In this document: piece after piece, positions 58,380 to 64,000 of the stretch
Layout of the letters: every line of letters begins with the position of its first letter
Numbering within the stretch: position 1 is the first letter of the stretch
From: a virus
Reading direction: 5' to 3' (one strand)
Length of the DNA stretch: 64,000 bases
Virus record (IMG/VR): IMGVR_UViG_3300035034_002798
Coordinates: 64,001-128,000 of that record
The notes under the pieces: generated by a model
Seen by the model: only the letters and a program-made list of their open reading frames with translations
Told to the model about the DNA's origin: nothing
Database searches by the model: none
Made by a program: the position numbers and the translations under genes

Positions 58380-58443
58380 TTTACCTTGTCTGCGCCCTCG
58401 GGTTTTATCTACTCGGGGGCAAATATTATAAGGAGGAATTAAA

Positions 58444-59076
58444 ATGGCTTATACTCAGTATTCAACAAATGATGGACTAGGTTCCTTAACAAGAAAATAT
58501 TCTAACTGGTGTGTAATCGACCTGCCCCGTATCTCTTACAGGGAGTATCAATTAATTAGAAAGCCTATTATGTCTAAGTTGGGACAGTTGCACAATCAGG
58601 GTTATGTGTTTGCTCTTCCAGCTATTAGTCAGTCTATACACTTTATGGAAGCTTTAATGAATATGAATGCCAAGTTTGTTGTTGTTCTGCCGCGCACCAT
58701 TTCCGATGAAAATATGTATATCAGAAATAAACTGGAAAAGGTAGAAGCTTATGATAAGGCATTTATAGTTGAACATGCTTCAAGATCAGATGAGATTGTT
58801 GAGGACGCCAAGCAGGCTTTAAGAAACTCTAATATATCAAATGCCCAGTATGCCTGGGCCAGCGAAACTATCGAAGACCCAGATAGAGCTGACTATATAG
58901 ACGGCCTTCGGCATAGAGAGCACGAATTTAACTCAATTATCAATGTTAAAACAAATAACACAGTTTTTATTGCTATTTTCAGAGATGGACCACAGTACCT
59001 ATCAGAAAAAGTACAGGATCGCATCCCTGTATGGAATTTAAACTTAAATAGTATCCGCAAAAAGGTCAAAAACTAA
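58444..59076 (+). CDS. Hypothetical protein (possibly a degenerate SLOG/YspA-like fold)
   Basis: AAGGAGG SD; alpha/beta pattern (FVVVLP; FIAIFRDG; IPVWNL). Confidence 0.6.
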   Translation: MAYTQYSTNDGLGSLTRKYSNWCVIDLPRISYREYQLIRKPIMSKLGQLHNQGYVFALPAISQSIHFMEALMNMNAKFVVVLPRTISDENMYIRNKLEKVEAYDKAFIVEHASRSDEIVEDAKQALRNSNISNAQYAWASETIEDPDRADYIDGLRHREHEFNSIINVKTNNTVFIAIFRDGPQYLSEKVQDRIPVWNLNLNSIRKKVKN

Positions 59077-59097
59077 TCTACCTGTTTAGAGCTGTGC

Positions 59098-59120
59098 TCG
59101 TCAAGAAGACCGTTTGACGA
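59098..59120 (+). ncRNA. Conserved intergenic hairpin, copy 3
   Basis: TCGTCAA-GAAGACCGT-TTGACGA; outer stems GAGC/GCTC and TACCTGT/ACAGGTA. Confidence 0.65.
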
Positions 59121-59339
59121 ACTTGCTCACACAGGTATGTGATAGTTGAATTAAATAAAATTATTAGGAGATGATGTTAATGATAACCTTCAGTAGTTTT
59201 TTATCTGGTTTTGATATGTTTATACCCACCTATCAGAAAAAAACCTGATTCAGAAAAAAGAATAAAAATATATAAAGAAAGAATAAATCAAATAATAAAA
59301 AATGTTAGTTCTTCTAAACAATGCAAAGGGTGATTATAA

Positions 59340-59723
59340 ATGAAAATGGAAATAGATGAAATACATTTCAAGGGCAAACACAAAGAGCTTGGTCATTATG
59401 TATATGGTGATCTAATACACGGTCGTGACGGCAAAGTATATATAGACACAAAAGAAAATGAAGTTATTCCCGAAACTGTGGGTCAATACACAGGCATGAA
59501 GGATAAAAGGGATAACAGAATATACAATAAAGATGAAGTTAAAATAAACACGCTTGCTTTAAATCACAAGGGCAATTGGATAGAAGGTAAGATTATTTTT
59601 AGCGATGGTTGTTTTGATGTTAAATTTAATGAGCCAGTTTATGATATTGACAGTTCAATAAATAGAACAAAACTATATCTAAAATGTTTTACGGTTAATG
59701 ATGCTGTAAAAATAATTAAATAA
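59340..59723 (+). CDS. YopX family protein
   Basis: I.FKGK...VYGDL...V.PETVGQYTG.KD....IY..D motif. Confidence 0.85.
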   Translation: MKMEIDEIHFKGKHKELGHYVYGDLIHGRDGKVYIDTKENEVIPETVGQYTGMKDKRDNRIYNKDEVKINTLALNHKGNWIEGKIIFSDGCFDVKFNEPVYDIDSSINRTKLYLKCFTVNDAVKIIK

Positions 59724-59733
59724 TATATAAAAG

Positions 59734-59765
59734 AACCCCGCTTTAATTAGCGGGGTTTACTTTGT
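59734..59765 (+). terminator. Intrinsic terminator
   Basis: AACCCCGCT/AGCGGGGTT stem with a T-rich tail. Confidence 0.7.
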
Positions 59766-59907
59766 TACTAAAATATTAAATTATTATAATAACTTAATAT
59801 TTTAATACTAAACAATCATGTTTCTTTAATAATATAAAAGCAGGATAGTATGATTAGAAAATATCAAACAGGAATTCTTATACGAAAATGAAAGGAGTGC
59901 TTAAACA

Positions 59908-61935
59908 ATGGACATTCAAGCGCTTTATATTGGCGAAGAGGGTTTTGGTGAGGCTCTAATGCATTATTGTGATAAAGACAATTGCAAAAATAACATCAAA
60001 AAAGTAACAAAAGCTACAATGTTATCTCTTCTGAGCGGTTTAGACAGCAGCACTGACATTTATAAAAAAATAAGTCTCGTATCTCAAGAGGTAGAACTTA
60101 TTGAAATAATAAAGAAGATAAAACCAAGAAAAATATTTGACGTATTCAAGAGGTTTATGACTTATCTAGACCGTTTTAAAGAAGATAATGCTGAAGTTAA
60201 TCACTATTATAACAGTGAAAAAGAAATAAGAATTAACTTTAGAAAAAATTTGTATGAATTATTTATAAAAAAGCTTTTATCGTTCGATGTTAGGCTATCA
60301 GATACAAAGGATAGAACTTACTCTATATCATATAAGCATTATAATGTTTCTGAAAGATTAATGGAGTCCCACTATTTTTGTTCTTGTGGACATGAAGATG
60401 AGGTTAAAACCCGGGGGGTAAAAATACACGGAGTTTTAATGGATGGCGATTTGAAGCGACACCGTATAAAGACAGTCTGTTCAGAGTGCTTGAATTCTAA
60501 CTTTAAGCAATTGGTACAGAACCCTACACCACAAAGCGTTGAAGCTTATCAAGATTTTTTCGAAGATGGTAGTAAAATTAAGGTGTCATCTAAGAGATTG
60601 GAATCTGGCTATAATATAAAGAGTGGTAAAAGATACTTTGAAATAAAATATCACAACAAAATAGTATTAAATTTAAAAAGCGGACGAAGTTTCTATCTAT
60701 TTAAAAATCACGAATATCAGCAATTCAGAGTTCGTGCCCTTAAAACACATCATAGTACTTATGTTGGTGATACCGAAAAGATTCAATTATATAGAGCATT
60801 TGCTAGGAAAAAGTTTAAAGTAGAATTCATAGAAAGTGCTATTGATTCTGTCTTTACTGACAAATCAGCCAAAACTGAGGTAGTTGAACCTTTTAGAAAG
60901 ATTCCGTCTATGGAGAAAATCAATCAAACTATAATAAGAAAATTACCTCACTATTTAGCTGTAATAAATAGAAATCCAGAGTTAAAGGATCTACTGCAGT
61001 TTATATACGATAATGTAGATAACAAACTTCTTATTGATTTTATAGTACTTTCAATGCTTGAGAACTACCCCAGAGGTGATTTTACAGGAGCACCAGAAAA
61101 AGTACTATCTACTATTTTTAACAGAGAGATAACTAAACCTCTTTTGAGAGAGATAACTAAAAACTACTATATTAGAAGTTATGATGGTTTCCTTACTTCT
61201 CTTGAAATCTATAAATTGTTTGGTCTCGATAATGGTAGAGATATAATTAATTCTAAACAAATGAAAAAGTTTATTAAGTTTTTTCGTAAATTTATATTAG
61301 ACGATGATATCGAAGATGATGACGTATTTGAATCTACTTATGATACTTATAATAAACAGTTATTTAAAGATTTACTTAGATATTACAATGGTGATATGAC
61401 AATGATTAAGAGTAAATTACACAAAATCTTTTCTGATAACGATATGTATCTATATAGAGATTCATATAGAATATATGAGGACTTAATACAAGAAGGTATG
61501 GATTTGAATTTAGACATAATTTCTTATTCTGTATCTGAACTTGTAGATATTCATGACAATTTAACCGACCTTTATAACAAGAACAAAAATAAAAGATTAA
61601 ACAAAGCCTATAATGAAAGATATGAAGAAAACAAGAAACTAGAGTTTGATGGTGACCATTATGTGATTAAAACTCCTCAATCACTAGAAGAGTTGAGCAA
61701 AGAGGGAATGGAAATGGGTCATTGCGTTGGCACATACGATAAGATGCTGGCTCGGGGTTCATGTAAGATTTACTTTTTAAGAACTAAAGACAACGAGAGA
61801 GTCGCAACAGTTGAAGTAAGAGGAGATGATGTTGTGCAGGTCAAATCAAAGCACAACAATAAACCACCAGAAGACGCGTTAGATTTTGTCAATGAATGGA
61901 CGGAAAACAAGGAGCTTTCATATACAAGTTGGTAA
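59908..61935 (+). CDS. PcfJ-like domain protein
   Basis: C-terminal P.S.EEL..EG.EMGHCVGTY, IYFLR, ATVEV and VQVKSKHN motifs. Confidence 0.82.
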   Translation: MDIQALYIGEEGFGEALMHYCDKDNCKNNIKKVTKATMLSLLSGLDSSTDIYKKISLVSQEVELIEIIKKIKPRKIFDVFKRFMTYLDRFKEDNAEVNHYYNSEKEIRINFRKNLYELFIKKLLSFDVRLSDTKDRTYSISYKHYNVSERLMESHYFCSCGHEDEVKTRGVKIHGVLMDGDLKRHRIKTVCSECLNSNFKQLVQNPTPQSVEAYQDFFEDGSKIKVSSKRLESGYNIKSGKRYFEIKYHNKIVLNLKSGRSFYLFKNHEYQQFRVRALKTHHSTYVGDTEKIQLYRAFARKKFKVEFIESAIDSVFTDKSAKTEVVEPFRKIPSMEKINQTIIRKLPHYLAVINRNPELKDLLQFIYDNVDNKLLIDFIVLSMLENYPRGDFTGAPEKVLSTIFNREITKPLLREITKNYYIRSYDGFLTSLEIYKLFGLDNGRDIINSKQMKKFIKFFRKFILDDDIEDDDVFESTYDTYNKQLFKDLLRYYNGDMTMIKSKLHKIFSDNDMYLYRDSYRIYEDLIQEGMDLNLDIISYSVSELVDIHDNLTDLYNKNKNKRLNKAYNERYEENKKLEFDGDHYVIKTPQSLEELSKEGMEMGHCVGTYDKMLARGSCKIYFLRTKDNERVATVEVRGDDVVQVKSKHNNKPPEDALDFVNEWTENKELSYTSW

Positions 61936-61958
61936 AGACCTACCTACAACGGCCGGCT

Positions 61959-61983
61959 ACTGTCAAGAAAACCATTTGACAGT
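61959..61983 (+). ncRNA. Conserved intergenic hairpin, copy 4
   Basis: ACTGTCAA-GAAAACCAT-TTGACAGT; outer stem AACGGCCGG/TTGGTCGTT with G-U pairs. Confidence 0.65.
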
Positions 61984-62034
61984 CTTGGTCGTTTTCGGTT
62001 TATTTAGGGTAGATTAATAAAATATTTTAAGGAG

Positions 62035-62496
62035 TTGGTTCATTTGTTCACTAATATTAAAGGAGATTTACTAAGTGCTTTCAATAGAGATGATGTAGTT
62101 GCCATCGCTCACCAGGTTAATTGCAAGGGTGTGATGGGTGCAGGACTTGCAAAACAGATAAAAAACTCCTATCCAGAAGTTTTTGCTCAATATAAGATGG
62201 CTCACGATAAGGTTGACGATCTATTAGGTAAGATACAGGTAATTGAAACTGAGAACGATAAAGCAGTTGTCAATATGTTTAGTCAGTATGGATATGGCAG
62301 AGATAAACGATACACGGACTATCAAGCACTCCAGATATGTCTTATTAAGTTAAGAGACAGCTTTGAAGGAGCTGTTGCTATCCCGAAATTCATCGGTTGC
62401 GGCCTTGCCGGCGGCGACTGGAATAAAGTTAAGAATATAATAAAACACGTATATTCTGAATCAGATAAGCAACTTTATATTTATTCATTAAAGTAG
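62035..62496 (+). CDS. Macrodomain ADP-ribose hydrolase (Poa1/DarG-like)
   Basis: KGDLL, IAHQVNC.GVMGAGLAKQI and IGCGLAGGDW motifs. Confidence 0.88.
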   Translation: MVHLFTNIKGDLLSAFNRDDVVAIAHQVNCKGVMGAGLAKQIKNSYPEVFAQYKMAHDKVDDLLGKIQVIETENDKAVVNMFSQYGYGRDKRYTDYQALQICLIKLRDSFEGAVAIPKFIGCGLAGGDWNKVKNIIKHVYSESDKQLYIYSLK

Positions 62497-62508
62497 GAGG
62501 TGAGGAAA

Positions 62509-62639
62509 ATGTATATGAAAAAATGTCCCGAATGTGGTGATAAATCTTACAGCTCAAGAAAAAAGGGGGGGAGTGGATTTGTCCGTACTGCAATCAGGAT
62601 ATCAGTGATGAAAAAATAGAAACAATAAAACCAGATTAA
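62509..62639 (+). CDS. Small double-CxxC zinc-ribbon protein split by a -1 frameshift at A6G7
   Basis: GGAGGTGAGG SD; frame 0 MYMKKCPECGDKSYSSRKK; -1 frame continues GGEWICPYCNQDISDEKIETIKPD. Confidence 0.6.
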
Positions 62640-62700
62640 ACAGACAATACAGGGGGTAATAATATGTTATTTTGGCAACACACTGCATACTACAAAGAAG

Positions 62701-63045
62701 GTGGATACTATCGGTAAAGGAGCTCCGATGTATATGATTAAACCACCGAAGACTTTTAGCCGCACCTCAACTTTACACAATCTAGACTCACATCCAAGCC
62801 ACTTTAGAAAAATACGTTCAAAAAAGTGTGATAATTGCTATATTGATACGCCCTGTTGTGAGGCGGATTGTGAGACGTATCAAAAAACTGTTGAGATGGC
62901 CTCTACTCTCGGCCTTGATTCTTGTTCTAATTGTTCTATCTATAAGACAAGTTGCAATGGCCCGGGCCAGCGTGCAGACCATGATGACTTAAAAGAGCGG
63001 CAGGTACAGGTAGATAATGAGACTATAAGTACCTGCCCTTTTTAG
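62701..63045 (+). CDS. Cys-rich hypothetical protein
   Basis: Two CxxC-x5-C-like clusters; likely ATG start at 62728 after AAGGAG. Confidence 0.6.
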   Translation: MDTIGKGAPMYMIKPPKTFSRTSTLHNLDSHPSHFRKIRSKKCDNCYIDTPCCEADCETYQKTVEMASTLGLDSCSNCSIYKTSCNGPGQRADHDDLKERQVQVDNETISTCPF

Positions 63046-63057
63046 AAAGGAGAAAAT

Positions 63058-63537
63058 ATGAGAGTGATAAAAGAATATGACTTGAGATTGAAACCAGTCA
63101 AGGAAAAAGAAATGTCTGCTGAATATAAGGTAACTGATCCCACAAGTTTTTATGATTTTCTGGTAAGAGAGGTCGAATTAGACCTTCGGCCAAAAGAAAT
63201 AATGGTTGCTGTAGGACTAAATAATAACAATAATGTCATAGGTTATATGGAAATTTCAAGAGGTTCTATCAATAAAGCAATATTTGATACCTCAAGTGTT
63301 TTTCAGGCCGCTATTTTGATGAATGCAACGGCAATTGTTCTAGCGCATAACCACACAAGTGACCGCAGTACGCCAAGTGATGATGATATCAGAGTTACTG
63401 AGAATTTAATAGAAGCAGGTATTCTGCTTAATATTCCGATTATTGACCATCTTGTAGTAAGTACCAAAAATTATACCTCAATTAAAAGAGATTATCCAGA
63501 AATAAAATTCGATATTAGGAGTGATTGCGCTGTATAG
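63058..63537 (+). CDS. radC: RadC-like JAB domain protein
   Basis: E...GL...N.VIG...IS.G.I, AHNH.S....PS.DD and IIDHLVV motifs. Confidence 0.88.
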   Translation: MRVIKEYDLRLKPVKEKEMSAEYKVTDPTSFYDFLVREVELDLRPKEIMVAVGLNNNNNVIGYMEISRGSINKAIFDTSSVFQAAILMNATAIVLAHNHTSDRSTPSDDDIRVTENLIEAGILLNIPIIDHLVVSTKNYTSIKRDYPEIKFDIRSDCAV

Positions 63538-63653
63538 AGAAAAAGATGATAAAAAACATAAATTACTGACTAAGCTAAATAAGTTTAAATCGCTTTTTAG
63601 TATTTTCACTGACTTTCTCCAATAAGTTCAAAAGAATGCTTCCATAACCGGCA

Positions 63654-63678
63654 ACTGTCAAGAAAACCATTTGACAGT
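63654..63678 (+). ncRNA. Conserved intergenic hairpin, copy 5
   Basis: ACTGTCAA-GAAAACCAT-TTGACAGT; outer stem ATAACCGG/TTGGTTAT. Confidence 0.65.
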
Positions 63679-63762
63679 CTTGGTTATTCCAGCTCGTTTA
63701 AATTAGATTAAATAAACATTTTTCTTTTTTACAATTAATTTACTCTAAAGGAGGTGAATTAG

Positions 63763-64000
63763 ATGATTGGAGATATTATAGATTCAGTTTTATCTGATTA
63801 CAATCAAATGTTAGATGAGACTTCTGGTCAAAAGATACAGGATATCAGATTATTACAGCTTAGGAACTTCTATGAGTTTCTAGTTGAGAATAAGATGATA
63901 CTCGATAACTATTATGAAGTGTATAATAATCACAATTTTAAGGATACTGGTAGGGATTTTATAAACACTGTACTTAAGTTTATCGCTGTTGAAAAAGAGG
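63763..64000 (+). CDS. Hypothetical protein, runs off the window end
   Basis: AAGGAGGTG SD; MIGDIIDSVLSDY... open to 64000. Confidence 0.6.
   Translation, partial: MIGDIIDSVLSDYNQMLDETSGQKIQDIRLLQLRNFYEFLVENKMILDNYYEVYNNHNFKDTGRDFINTVLKFIAVEKE

Noticed and set aside
54281-63676. Sigma-A promoters at the TTGACA hexamers of the five hairpins
   Set aside because: No acceptable -10 box 16-18 bp downstream in any copy; one copy reads TTGACG with a compensating stem change.

Overview
The window is part of a large, AT-rich tailed phage genome. Strong AGGAGG Shine-Dalgarno sites and AbrB-, YopX- and YneA-like genes point to a Firmicutes host; the acidic proteome is compatible with a halophilic anaerobe (inference). 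Bases 1-42948 form one fold-back (inverted repeat) centred between 21474 and 21475, inside a patatin gene, so the non-redundant sequence is about 21475-64000. The mirrored part holds a tRNA cluster (Pro, Met, Asn, Tyr, Ile2, Thr, Trp plus two odd tRNA-like RNAs) and a head/packaging module: TerL, portal fused to a gpF-like domain, protease/scaffold, decoration protein, HK97-type major capsid protein, and Ig-like and fibre-like proteins. The unique part holds a probable TerS, a type Ib ParA/RHH partition cassette, an AbrB-like regulator and an iteron-containing non-coding region. It also holds a rightward early-type region (LysM, HhH, YopX, PcfJ, macrodomain, RadC/JAB). The most notable element is an operon at 44205-46115 encoding a radical SAM/SPASM enzyme and two small His/Tyr-x-Asp/Asn repeat proteins. 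It looks like a phage-borne triceptide-type peptide-modification system and shares a conserved promoter element with the packaging genes. Also notable are a five-copy covarying intergenic RNA hairpin, two candidate pseudoknots, a candidate -1 frameshift gene and nested in-frame translation starts. All family assignments come from motif recognition by eye; no database searches were run.
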